A stretch of 35,596 bases of DNA from Octopus bimaculoides. Taxonomy: Eukaryota. The DNA is taken from NCBI RefSeq assembly GCF_001194135.2, contig NC_069000.1:15178234-15213829 (forward strand). The letters are read 5' to 3'. The translations under genes were made by a program, and so were the position numbers. Each line of letters begins with the position of its first letter. Position 1 is the first letter of the stretch. The notes under the pieces are model-generated. The model saw only the letters and a program-made list of their open reading frames with translations. It did no database searches and had not been told where the DNA came from. Shown piece after piece: positions 10,155 through 21,733 of the stretch.

Positions 10155-10403
10155 CTACACCTTAAAACCATCATGGCGTCTGATGTGGCTTTTTAAACCA
10201 GACAATGTTTTGAAAGGACACCCACATAAATTGCATATCCGATTTGGACCACCAAGTGATGTAGTTAAGTTCTGATCTTTGTGGATTTTAAAATGTCTTT
10301 TGAGGACTCCGTTAGATTTGCAGACCTTCTGGCATACATTGCATTGAAAAGTGTGCAACAGAACATCCAGATAGACGATACAAAGTAAACAAGGACGGGT
10401 CAT
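10155..10403 (-). pseudogene. Two C2H2 zinc fingers, probably the C-terminus of a decayed non-LTR retrotransposon ORF (RTE-like by inference)
   Basis: CNVCQKVCKSNGVLKRHFKIH and CNLCGCPFKTLSGLKSHIRRH are both exact C-x2-C-x12-H-x3-H. The linker is 15 aa with no TGEKP. The stop comes 5 residues after finger 2, and there is an in-frame stop upstream of the ATG. Confidence 0.6.
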
Positions 10404-11815
10404 TCGGAGTTTTCTTTCCCCAATCGAGTTCCAGATTATCTTTGCAATTTCGCCTGGTTATACTCGAGATTGCTCCGATCTGGCTAACACCAACGAAAAA
10501 ACTAAGCTAACAGCATTAGATTCCTTGGAAAAAAAGCAGCGACTGTATACGAAAACAAGGACGGTAAAAACGGAGAAAGTTACACAAATACAAATAACAG
10601 GACATAACAACAGGAGTCTTTCGACTAAGGACGAAGTAAATTAAGCTGGCGTGTTTGGAAGTAAAGCCTTACGGCAGGGATACAAAGTTTCACAGGCACA
10701 GGGAAGAATATAGATGTTGCACGGGTGCGTCCTATGAGCATGTGCTTCATATACACCAGCAAATATGGTTTGCAAAACTATATTGTCCATTCTCTCTTTC
10801 ATCCACATCTTTTTTAAAGTCAGTCGGAAGTGAAGTTAAAGTTAGTTAGCTGCTGGTTCTAGCTGGTCGAAGTTAAGCGGCCACGTAGGAGCCGCTACAT
10901 GGGGATAGCGTTTGAAGGATTCGCTCCCACGCTACAACTCGAAATATCTGAAGGAATATGTATGTATCTATGTGTTTGACCTTTTGTGTGTATTTGCATC
11001 TATTTATCTATGTATGTGCGTGAGTGTGTGTGTGTGCACATTTGTGTGTGTATCTGTGTGTACTTGTGCTTTGCGTGTTTGTATGTGTATGTGTTTGCAT
11101 TATTGTGCTGGCGTTTGTATATGCATGTGTATGTGTGTATGTGTACTTACTAGTATGCATATACATATTTGTGCATGTGTAATAACGTATATTAGAGCGC
11201 ATGTGTATACTCGTGTTCGCATTTATGTGTACGTAAGTGTGTATGTGTATCTGTAGCTGCATATTTCTGTATGCGTCTGAGCCTGTTTTGTGTGCATATT
11301 TGTGTGCGTTTTGTGCTTGCGTTTGAGCGTTTGTGTTTGAGTGTGAGTGCGTGTGTGTACTTGTGCTAGCATTTAAGTTTATGTGTGTATCTGCATTTGT
11401 GTGTGTGCGCGTGCGCGAGTTTGCGTGAGAATCCATTTTATTCTAATGTGTGTTTGGGTATGGGAGAGTATGTTGTCAATAATACCCGGTTCCCTCCCTG
11501 TTGCCATTTCAACAAGAAACCCTAGACTTTTCACCAGCACCNNNNNNNNNNNNNNNNNNNNNNNNNNNNNNNNNNNNNNNNNNNNNNNNNNNNNNNNNNN
11601 NNNNNNNNNNNNNNNNNNNNNNNNNNNNNNNNNNNNNNNNNNNNNNNNNNNNNNNNNNNNNNNNNNNNNNNNNNNNNNNNNNNNNNNNNNNNNNNNNNNN
11701 NNNNNNNNNNNNNNNNNNNNNNNNNNNNNNNNNNNNNNNNNNNNNNNNNNNNNNNNNNNNNNNNNNNNNNNNNNNNNNNNNNNNNNNNNNNNNNNNNNNN
11801 NNNNNNNNNNNNNNN

Positions 11816-11950
11816 ACCACCACCACCACCACCACCACGACCGCCGCCGCCGCCACCATCACCGCCGCCGCCGCCGGTACAGCCGCTACCACACAACCAC
11901 AACAACAGCAACCACAACAGCAACTACTACTACCACTACTACTACTACCA

Positions 11951-12009
<59 letters not shown>

Positions 12010-12333
12010 ACGGCTGCAGCTGCTGCTGCCACAACACTCACTATTGCTTAACACCACCACTATCACTTTCTCCTACACTACTATCTCCATCACATTACCA
12101 CCATCAATACTGCCACCATCGCCGCCACCATCAGCACCCACCCCCCATCCACAACCTTCGTTACAACCACCGCTAAAACCTCGGCCACCACAACGACTAC
12201 CACCACGATCGCCTCCATCACTGACATTAGTACTGAATTCCCAAGCACTATACTACAACCACTACTTGCATCAGCACCACTCCTACCATGACAATGCACC
12301 TCCACCGCCGCCGCCACCGCCGCCGCCACCGCC
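11816..12333. repeat. Compound trinucleotide low-complexity tract (ACC/CGC/ACT/GCT)n
   Basis: Read directly from the sequence; it lies between two gaps. Confidence 0.9.
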
Positions 12334-13740
12334 NNNNNNNNNNNNNNNNNNNNNNNNNNNNNNNNNNNNNNNNNNNNNNNNNNNNNNNNNNNNNNNNNNN
12401 NNNNNNNNNNNNNNNNNNNNNNNNNNNNNNNNNNNNNNNNNNNNNNNNNNNNNNNNNNNNNNNNNNNNNNNNNNNNNNNNNNNNNNNNNNNNNNNNNNNN
12501 NNNNNNNNNNNNNNNNNNNNNNNNNNNNNNNNNNNNNNNNNNNNNNNNNNNNNNNNNNNNNNNNNNNNNNNNNNNNNNNNNNNNNNNNNNNNNNNNNNNN
12601 NNNNNNNNNNNNNNNNNNNNNNNNNNNNNNNNNNNNNNNNNNNNNNNNNNNNNNNNNNNNNNNNNNNNNNNNNNNNNNNNNNNNNNNNNNNNNNNNNNNN
12701 NNNNNNNNNNNNNNNNNNNNNNNNNNNNNNNNNNNNNNNNNNNNNNNNNNNNNNNNNNNNNNNNNNNNNNNNNNNNNNNNNNNNNNNNNNNNNNNNNNNN
12801 NNNNNNNNNNNNNNNNNNNNNNNNNNNNNNNNNNNNNNNNNNNNNNNNNNNNNNNNNNTTCCATCAGTTCCACCCATGCTATTATTTACATATAAGAGTC
12901 CCTTTCTCCGTCCTACGCTTCCCACCACCACCACCACCACCACCTTCCCTCCTCTTTATTGTCGCCGCTCCCCTCCTCCACTCGCACACCATTACCATTC
13001 ATTCTAATTCCTCTGCTATGTCATTCATCATTTACCATTCACCCAACAGTTTTTTTTTGTAGTGGAGGTGGTGGTGGATTGGTTTGGTTTGGTTGCCCGA
13101 AGACTGGAGCTTTGTGCCTACCACAACGGCTTACCGCGTCGTGGCTCTCGGCAGAGGATGCAAAGTGTACGCAAAGTCGTTGAGAATAACTGAGGTATAG
13201 AGAATAAGTGAGGTATTAGTGACTTTGTGCTCCGCACATCTCCGGATTTAGGTAATCTATCCTACAAGTTCTACGGTTAGATGCCATACCAAACTTGTCC
13301 ATTGTAACTGACATCAGTTTTGTGAGCCGAGGGACTGAGGCAAAACTTGTGCAAGGGCACATTATCAGTTATTTCCAGTCCTTAATTCTGCTCTATTCAG
13401 AGTTTAAGGTTTTCGTTAAGGTACCAGCAAAAAGGTTGGTGCTTATTGTTCGGTAGTGGGATGAGAAAGCGTCGACGCGTAACCATCCTGACTAGGTCCG
13501 TTCATAATATCCACCTCATGTGAATCATTGTAGAGAGGATTAGTGGCAGTCCCGGTTTCGAGGGGACTTCTGATCAGCTGGAAACAAAAGTTATCCTTAG
13601 TACAGGTAATTCCAGCTTCGTTTACAGAGGTTGGATCGCTTTTGTGTACAGACGCACCTGCTCGGTGGTCAGACTAAATACCCATTTGTCGGAAGTGTTT
13701 CGAATCACATGCTTGGTCGTCAAGAGTGCCCTCTCTCATA

Positions 13741-13997
13741 AGGCGCAGGAGTGGCTGTGTGGTAAGTAGCTTGCTTACCAGCCACATGGTTCCGGGTTCA
13801 GTCCCACTGCGTGGCATCTTGGGCAAGTGTCTTCTACTATAGCCTCGGGCCGACCAAAGCCTTGTGAGTGGATTTGGTAGACGGAAACTGAAAGAAGCCC
13901 GTCGTATATATATGTACATATATATGTGTGTGTGTGTGTGTCTCCTAGAATTGCTTGATTGCTTGACAACCGATGCTGGTGTGTTTATATCCTTTAG
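13741..13997 (+). mobile_element. SINE family A, low-divergence copy truncated by a gap
   Basis: AGGCGCAGGAGTGGCTGTGTGGTAAGTAGCTTGCTTACCAGCCACATGGTTCCGGGTTCAGTCCCACTGCGTGGCATCTTGGGCAAGTGTC..., then an internal microsatellite and TTGACAACCGATGCTGGTG. Confidence 0.92.
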
Positions 13998-14365
13998 NNN
14001 NNNNNNNNNNNNNNNNNNNNNNNNNNNNNNNNNNNNNNNNNNNNNNNNNNNNNNNNNNNNNNNNNNNNNNNNNNNNNNNNNNNNNNNNNNNNNNNNNNNN
14101 NNNNNNNNNNNNNNNNNNNNNNNNNNNNNNNNNNNNNNNNNNNNNNNNNNNNNNNNNNNNNNNNNNNNNNNNNNNNNNNNNNNNNNNNNNNNNNNNNNNN
14201 NNNNNNNNNNNNNNNNNNNNNNNNNNNNNNNNNNNNNNNNNNNNNNNNNNNNNNNNNNNNNNNNNNNNNNNNNNNNNNNNNNNNNNNNNNNNNNNNNNNN
14301 NNNNNNNNNNNNNNNNNNNNNNNNNNNNNNNNNNNNNNNNNNNNNNNNNNNNNNNNNNNNNNNNA

Positions 14366-14399
<34 letters not shown>

Positions 14400-14412
14400 C
14401 ATACATATATCT

Positions 14413-14538
14413 AGGTCGACTTTGCTTTTCATCTTTCGAGATCGATAAAATAAAGTACCAGTCAAGTGCTGGGATCGATGTTATCGACTTGCCATCTCCC
14501 CTAAAATTGATGGCCTTGAGCCAAAATTTGAAGCCATT
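14413..14538 (+). mobile_element. SINE family B, 3' part
   Basis: AGGTCGACTTTGCTTTTCATCTTTCGAGATCGATAAAATAAAGTACCAG...GGCCTTGAGCCAAAATTTGAAGCCATT. Confidence 0.85.
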
Positions 14539-14639
14539 TTTATAATTATTGTTGTTGTTGTTGTTGATGTTGTTGATGCTCACTCTCGATGATATTTCAA
14601 TTATTCACAACGACCTTTTTCTCGTAATCCACAAATACC

Positions 14640-14743
14640 ACCGAACCAATACCATCTTCAGTAATCTCACCACCGTCACCATCACAACAGTAACCGCCAC
14701 CACCACCATCACCACCACCGCAACGACGACGACGACGACCACC

Positions 14744-14775
<32 letters not shown>

Positions 14776-14856
14776 CAACAACAACATGAATTCCACTACA
14801 ACTACCATCACCACAACCACCACCACTACAACTAACAACCACCCCGACCCCTATCC
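14640..14856. repeat. Trinucleotide low-complexity tract (ACC/ACG/AAC)n
   Basis: Read directly from the sequence. Confidence 0.9.
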
Positions 14857-15507
14857 NNNNNNNNNNNNNNNNNNNNNNNNNNNNNNNNNNNNNNNNNNNN
14901 NNNNNNNNNNNNNNNNNNNNNNNNNNNNNNNNNNNNNNNNNNNNNNNNNNNNNNNNNNNNNNNNNNNNNNNNNNNNNNNNNNNNNNNNNNNNNNNNNNNN
15001 NNNNNNNNNNNNNNNNNNNNNNNNNNNNNNNNNNNNNNNNNNNNNNNNNNNNNNNNNNNNNNNNNNNNNNNNNNNNNNNNNNNNNNNNNNNNNNNNNNNN
15101 NNNNNNNNNNNNNNNNNNNNNNNNNNNNNNNNNNNNNNNNNNNNNNNNNNNNNNNNNNNNNNNNNNNNNNNNNNNNNNNNNNNNNNNNNNNNNNNNNNNN
15201 NNNNNNNNNNNNNNNNNNNNNNNNNNNNNNNNNNNNNNNNNNNNNNNNNNNNNNNNNNNNNNNNNNNNNNNNNNNNNNNNNNNNNNNNNNNNNNNNNNNN
15301 NNNNNNNNNNNNNNNNNNNACACACGCACACACAAAAACTACGTACATTCACAGACACGCGCTCATTCGCACCCTGCGTACACCCAAACACCAACCCACC
15401 CATTCACACACACACACACACACACACAGACACACAGACAGACAGACAGACACACACACACACAGACACACACACATACTCACTCAGTCATTCACTCACT
15501 CAATCAC

Positions 15508-15550
<43 letters not shown>

Positions 15551-16074
15551 TACACACACATACACTTACACATGCATACCTACACATACACGTACGCACG
15601 CACACACGCACATGCAATCGCGCAAATCTGGCAGACACGCGTACATGCGCGCGCGCGCACATACACACACATACATACGCACGTACACACACACTCGAAA
15701 ACACACATGCACACTCTCACACACGTACGCACACACATACACACATACAGACACAAACTCATAAACTATCTGTTTACCTCTCTAAGTATGTCATCTTTCA
15801 TTCAGTCTCTCTCTGTCTCTCTGTCTCTCTGTCTCTCTCTCTGTGTCTCTCTCTCTCTCTCTGTCTCTCTCCCTTTTCCCATCTGCCTCTGTTTCTCCGT
15901 CTCTCTCTCTTTTTTCCTCTCTTTTCCCCATCATCTCATCTTGTCTCGCACCAGATTTATTTTCCATCGCAATGTTGTTTTTGTATCTGTTTGGCGAACA
16001 TAAACGAATTCTTTTCCCCAGAATGTCTATGCAATTACGTATGTTCTGGATTTTGTTTTTAAAACATTCCTAAC

Positions 16075-16261
16075 GTTGTTTTTGGGTTCAATTCCGCTGC
16101 GCCGTACATTAAACAACTGTCTTTTACTGCAGCAATCGATCGACCAATGCCTTGTGAGTGGACTTGGTAGACGGAAACTGTATGGAAGCCCATTGTATAC
16201 ACATACAATCACGTACAGATGTGTGTATGTGTATATGTGCATGTGTGGTTGTGTATGTGCA

Positions 16262-16292
<31 letters not shown>

Positions 16293-16445
16293 GCGTGCGT
16301 GTGTGTTTGTTTTCCCCTGCCGCTTGATAAACATACTCACACATTAACCCTGATGTGTTTGAGTGTTTATGCGTGCTTGATAACCGGTGTCAGCTGGTTT
16401 ATATCCCCTGAAGTTAGTGGTTCAGCAAAAATAAATAAATAGGTA
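16075..16445 (+). mobile_element. SINE family A, diverged copy
   Basis: GGGTTCAATTCCGCTGCG, GCCTTGTGAGTGGACTTGGTAGACGGAAACTG, an internal (TG)n, then GATAACCGGTG...GTTAGTGGTTCAGCAAAA. Confidence 0.8.
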
Positions 16446-16662
16446 AATACAAATAAAAGAAAAAAGAAAAAGACAAGACATACTGAATAAGTATTACGTA
16501 CTAAATCAATATGTCCTTATAAGTACAAAGACATATTGAATAAAGTATTAAAAAATCCCATTTGAATCATATGCTTGGTCATAAAGTGTGCCCTCTTTCA
16601 TCATTTCTGTACTTATTCTAAGGTCACTTCTGCAAAAAACTAGAGGCATTCAAGAGCGTTCC

Positions 16663-16750
16663 GTACAGGGGTCGATTTGATTGACTAAAATTCTTCAGGA
16701 CGGTGCTCCAGCTTGTCCGTAGTCCTATGATTGAAGCAACAGATAAATGA
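16663..16750 (+). mobile_element. SINE family A, 3' tail fragment
   Basis: GGGGTCGATTTGATTGACTAAAATTCTTCAGGACGGTGCTCCAGC resembles the tail at 6485-6545. Confidence 0.7.
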
Positions 16751-16754
16751 AAAT

Positions 16755-16790
16755 GAAAATAGAGAAAGGGCCAGTTTCTAACCTAGAAGG
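16755..16790 (-). mobile_element. Fragment of the RLE retrotransposon 3' UTR (same family as 26866-27936)
   Basis: TAGAGAAAGGGCCAGTTTCTAACCTAGA matches the reverse complement of 27877-27905 (TAGAGAAGGAGCCGGTTTCCAACCTAGA). It runs into a gap. Confidence 0.6.
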
Positions 16791-17743
16791 NNNNNNNNNN
16801 NNNNNNNNNNNNNNNNNNNNNNNNNNNNNNNNNNNNNNNNNNNNNNNNNNNNNNNNNNNNNNNNNNNNNNNNNNNNNNNNNNNNNNNNNNNNNNNNNNNN
16901 NNNNNNNNNNNNNNNNNNNNNNNNNNNNNNNNNNNNNNNNNNNNNNNNNNNNNNNNNNNNNNNNNNNNNNNNNNNNNNNNNNNNNNNNNNNNNNNNNNNN
17001 NNNNNNNNNNNNNNNNNNNNNNNNNNNNNNNNNNNNNNNNNNNNNNNNNNNNNNNNNNNNNNNNNNNNNNNNNNNNNNNNNNNNNNNNNNNNNNNNNNNN
17101 NNNNNNNNNNNNNNNNNNNNNNNNNNNNNNNNNNNNNNNNNNNNNNNNNNNNNNNNNNNNNNNNNNNNNNNNNNNNNNNNNNNNNNNNNNNNNNNNNNNN
17201 NNNNNNNNNNNNNNNNNNNNNNNNNNNNNNNNNNNNNNNNNNNNNNNNNNNNNNNNNNNNNNNNNNNNNNNNNNNNNNNNNNNNNNNNNNNNNNNNNNNN
17301 NNNNNNNNNNNNNNNNNNNNNNNNNNNNNNNNNNNNNNNNNNNNNNNNNNNNNNNNNNNNNNNNNNNNNNNNNNNNNNNNNNNNNNNNNNNNNNNNNNNN
17401 NNNNNNNNNNNNNNNNNNNNNNNNNNNNNNNNNNNNNNNNNNNNNNNNNNNNNNNNNNNNNNNNNNNNNNNNNNNNNNNNNNNNNNNNNNNNNNNNNNNN
17501 NNNNNNNNNNNNNNNNNNNNNNNNNNNNNNNNNNNNNNNNNNNNNNNNNNNNNNNNNNNNNNNNNNNNNNNNNNNNNNNNNNNNNNNNNNNNNNNNNNNN
17601 NNNNNNNNNNNNNNNNNNNNNNNNNNNNNNNNNNNNNNNNNNNNNNNNNNNNNNNNNNNNNNNNNNNNNNNNNNNNNNNNNNNNNNNNNNNNNNNNNNNN
17701 NNNNNNNNNNNNNNNNNNNNNNNNNNNNNNNNNNNNNNNNNNN

Positions 17744-17820
<77 letters not shown>

Positions 17821-17900
17821 ATCTCTATCTCTATCTATATCTATATCTATATCTATCTATATATATATATATATATGCATGTATGTATATGCGTTTGCAT

Positions 17901-18120
17901 GTTTGTGTTTGGAACCCCTCTCTCACATTGCTTGCCAACCGGTGTTGGTTTGTTTATGTTTTCATAACTTAGCAGTTCGCCAAAAAGACCGATAGAATAA
18001 GTACCAAACTTAAAATTTAATAAAAAAGCACTAGAGTCAATTTCTTCGGTTAAACACTTCAAGGCTTCAGCATGGCCGCAGTCCAATGACTGAAACAAGT
18101 AAAAAAGAAAAAATAAAGTA
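17901..18120 (+). mobile_element. SINE family A, 3' half
   Basis: AACTTAGCAGTTCGCCAAAAAGACCGATAGAATAAGTAC...CAGCATGGCCGCAGTCCAATGACTGAAACAAGTAAAA. The head is probably lost in the preceding gap. Confidence 0.85.
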
Positions 18121-18699
18121 AAAAAGCTATACACTCTTTGTATGTCCTTGGATCGGTGCGTGTACAAATCACAGCCTAAACTTCTGGGATTTTAAAAATA
18201 TTTTCTCACTTCCATTGTTCTTAATTCGCATGTTCTAATTAACTTTATCTTTTCTAATTTGTTATATAAACAGTAGTTAGATAACCAGTTAATTACATAA
18301 CCAAGTGTTTCATTAATCATAGCTGTAAATCTCAAGTTACAATCCGAATATCGCATCTACAGTTTTCTCATTCATTCAGCTTATATGTTTCCCTTTTTTC
18401 TTCGTCTACAGAACTACTGATTTCTTCTATTTTCTCCGTCCCAAATCACTATGTCTGTTCCCTTATGCTTCAATTTTAAATAGATTTTGGTTGGAAAATT
18501 GCACTAGTGTTCTTTCTTATTATGGATGAATATATCCTATCGTTCATCAAAAGTGGTTCTCGATTTTCCTCGTCTACTGGTCTAGGAAGAGACAGACAAC
18601 CATGACAGACGACAATTCGGAGTTTCTATGAGGCAACCTGTTGCAAGCCACAGACATGATCTGATCAGCCAGAACATGACATTATGATGTATTCATGTA

Positions 18700-19225
18700 T
18701 AGTTAACTGCCGATTATCCAGCTTTGTTGGGACCTGGAGAGGGCCGCATTAGTGATTTTGCCGGATTATCGATTGCTTCTTTCATTCACTGTTAGCAAAG
18801 AAACGGAGGAACTGCTCTTTCTGTTTTTTTTTTTTTGTTTTTGTGTCCTAAACCGCCGAAGATCCAACGTTGTATAATTCACGCAATCTTTTCACAGACA
18901 CACCACCGCTGTCAAGTGTCTTCAACAGTTCTTTTATGGACAATGTATAGTTTTACGCTTTACACCATTGGAAGTATGGCTGGGGCGAAAAGAGAAAGAG
19001 GTATGATACTAAATTTTAAAATAACAACAAAAACTGGAAAAACCTGCCTTTGCTTACAAATGATGCGAGTGCGTTTATGCCGCAACTAGCGCCACCAAAT
19101 CGTAGCAGCCGATTGGTGCGGCGACCCGGAAAATTTGAAATTATTTGAAATTTTTCTAGCTGAAATTATTGCCGGGTTACTGATTTTGTCGGATTACAGG
19201 TTGCTGGGTTAGTGGCAGTCTACTG
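18700..19225 (+). mobile_element. Older pogo/Tigger-like deletion derivative (MITE), about 526 bp
   Basis: TA at 18698-99 and 19226-27. Left TA+TAGTTAACTGCCGATTATCCAGC versus right reverse complement TA+CAGTAGACTGCCACTAACCCAGC (18/25). TGCCGGATTATC-like subterminal motifs repeat. A remnant at 18976, MAGAKRERGMILNFK, resembles a CENP-B-type transposase N-terminus. Confidence 0.6.
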
Positions 19226-19403
19226 TATTAAATTGTCATTCCTGAGTATTTTAATTGCCTGCCTTTCCTATAGCGCATCGGGTTTATTGTAGATTTGCTG
19301 TCCCTCGACCACAAAAGCATATCCTTCGAAATGACACGGTCGTACTAGTTGTTGGTCTGATACAGTCCACGGATATATTCGATCTGACATGATCATGCTC
19401 TTA

Positions 19404-19562
19404 CACAGTTTCCGTCTAACGAAAATCACTCACAAGGCTTGAGTCGTCTCGTGGTTATAATAAACGTACATGACTAGAATTCCAGTTATGAGACAATATG
19501 CAACACAGCGGGATCGAATCTTGGACTGCATGGTCGGGAAGCGAACTTCTTCCAAACTATGC
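19404..19562 (-). mobile_element. SINE family A, diverged 5' half
   Basis: ACAGTTTCCGTCTAACGAAAATCACTCACAAGGCTT and GGGAAGCGAACTTCTT match the reverse complement of the family A head and body. Confidence 0.7.
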
Positions 19563-19594
19563 ATACATACTTACATACATACATACATACATGC

Positions 19595-19625
<31 letters not shown>

Positions 19626-19737
19626 CACACACACACACACACACACATATGTGTGTATGTGTATGTATGTGCGTGCGTATGTGTATATGTGGTTCTGTTT
19701 GCTTCCCAGCCACATGGTTCCAGCTTCAGTCTCACTA

Positions 19738-19773
<36 letters not shown>

Positions 19774-19960
19774 CATGATGTCTCAAGGAAAATATTTACA
19801 TCATTCGACTCCACGTACTTAGTTATATGAAGCAGCAGTGACTTATTTAATTCCTTATTTTCAATTCTCCCGCTTCCTAAATTCTATCTCCTGTCGGAAT
19901 TTACCAACATTTAAACACCAAATGTCATCATCATTTAATCACTTCTTCCTTTCTTTCTCG

Positions 19961-19964
<4 letters not shown>

Positions 19965-20046
<82 letters not shown>
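19965..20046. repeat. (TTTC)n microsatellite
   Basis: Read directly from the sequence. Confidence 0.95.
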
Positions 20047-20047
<1 letters not shown>

Positions 20048-20227
20048 TTCTTTCCTTCAACGCTCCACTTTTCCAGTACACGCACATACGTTCTCGTACA
20101 TATTCGCGCCGCGCACCCACGCGAGTCTCCCGGCGCAACAACAGAATGAAGTTGAACAGAATCACGTGACGACTGTTTATTAGAAACATTCTTCATACTA
20201 GAAGACATTCTATGGCCAACCGCCACC

Positions 20228-20264
<37 letters not shown>

Positions 20265-20422
20265 GTCTCCTGACTCCCTCCACCTTCCAGTTTCAAATCA
20301 GGCCACTATTCATTCATATTATTTTACTTCTAACTTTCCTCTGTTATGTTATGTTATGTTACGCTATTAACCTGATTTTTTTTTCTACTTTCTACTCTAC
20401 TCCACTTGCATGAGATTCAAGC

Positions 20423-20534
<112 letters not shown>

Positions 20535-20661
20535 CGTGTGTATCTCTCGCTCTCTCTCTTCCTCTATCTATCACTACATTCTCTCTCTGTATATATACAT
20601 ATATATATATGCATATGTGTGCGCGTGCGCGCGCGCGCGTGCTTGTGTGTGTGTGTGTGTG

Positions 20662-21245
20662 TTAGGTTGTGAAAAATGTCCTGTCGCTATTTTTGACATG
20701 ATCGTTTTGAAGGTACTTCTTCAATAATTACGATAAAATAAGCATTAATTTTTACATTGCAATATTCTCCCATTTTCTTTGCAGAACGGTTAAATTTATA
20801 TTGACTTTTATTCTTTTAAAATGTCTTTTGATCAGATCCATATAAAACACTGTATATTTTATGAATTCAAAACGGGCTCTTCAGCAACAGAAGCAGCAGG
20901 AAATATCCATTCTTTCTATTTAAAATGAAGCTTTAAGTGTCCGGAACGCCAGCAACGGTTTGGCCAGTTTCGTTCTTGAAAATTCTCTCTTACAAATTCC
21001 CCTCAATTTGGAAGACCAAGTTCTATCGATATTGATTTTCTGTAAACCATATTTGAGGAAACTCCGAAGCAAACTGCACAAGAATTAGCAAAAGAGCTCA
21101 ATTCATGTCAGACTTCTATCATGAAACACCTTCAAGAACATGGAAAAGTGTCTAAACTTGACCAATGTGTCCCGCATTATCTGATTGCCTGTCTGTTTAA
21201 TCGAAGAGTTGTCCACTGCTCGTCATTGAAGAGTACTAAAGAATG
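20662..21245 (+). mobile_element. Mariner element left end with pseudogenised transposase N-terminus
   Basis: A TIR-like TTAGGTTGTGAAAAATG starts at 20662. From ATG 20821, with frameshifts and stops, it reads MSFDQIHIKHCIFYEFKTGSSATEAAGNI...FGQFRS*KFSL...GRPSSID...PKQTAQELAKELN...IMKHLQEHGKVSKLDQCVPHYL. These are the mariner HTH, GRP and WVPHEL-like motifs. Confidence 0.85.
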
Positions 21246-21508
21246 GTAAAGGTAAAGGTAAAGTTAACTTCTCGAGTCATTACGACTCATAAGGGACAGT
21301 TTCTCGGTTTCATGGCCTATCTATCCCCCACCTGGACGAGACGCCGGGCCGTCGCAGGATTACTCATTTTCACCAGCTGAGCGGACTGGAACAACGTGAA
21401 ATGAAGTGTTTTGCTCAAGAACACAACTTGTTGCCCGGTCCAAGAATCGAAACCACAATCTTACGATCATGAATCCAGCGCCTTAACCACTAAGCCACGC
21501 GCCTCCAC
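21246..21508 (-). mobile_element. SINE family C, full length, inserted into the mariner remnant
   Basis: Reverse complement: GTGGAGGCGCGTGGCTTAGTGGTTAAGGCG (A box), GGTTTCGATTCTT (B box), TGTGTTCTTGAGCAAAACACTTCATTTC and a (TTTACC)n tail. AAGAATG at 21239-45 and 21513-19 is a possible TSD. Confidence 0.88.
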
Positions 21509-21594
21509 AGTGAAGAATGTGTTCTCTGTCATACACCCCTCCACACACATATACACATTCTTCCATATACCCAACAGGATTTTTTTTTTTAATA

Positions 21595-21733
21595 ATTTTC
21601 CATCGACCAAATCCACTCACAAGGCTTCGGTCAGTCTGGCGCTCCTGTAGAAGACACTTGTTTTAGGTGCCACGCAGTTTTTCTGAACCCGAAACCCAGG
21701 TGGTTGGGAAGCGAACTTCTTAGCCACACACGC
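21595..21733 (-). mobile_element. SINE family A, 5' half
   Basis: CCAAATCCACTCACAAGGCTTCGGTC...GTAGAAGACACTTG...GGTGCCACGCAG...GGTTGGGAAGCGAACTTCTTAGCCACAC. Confidence 0.85.

Noticed and set aside
10405-10950. Non-repetitive segment next to the zinc fingers, with a small AGCGGC/GCCGCT hairpin
   Set aside because: Probably an interspersed repeat, but I found no ORF, TIR or ribozyme core that would classify it.
11501-12895. Poly-Q/T/P/H ORFs resembling a low-complexity or mucin-like protein
   Set aside because: The tract is open in several frames on both strands, made of trinucleotide repeats and bounded by gaps, with no splice or domain evidence.
13182-13217. 18-bp tandem duplication GAGAATAA(C/G)TGAGGTAT
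   Set aside because: Only two units; ordinary slippage.
20075-20175. CpG-rich patch with ATCACGTGAC E-box
   Set aside because: It is too short to call a promoter, no gene is nearby, and a single motif is expected by chance.
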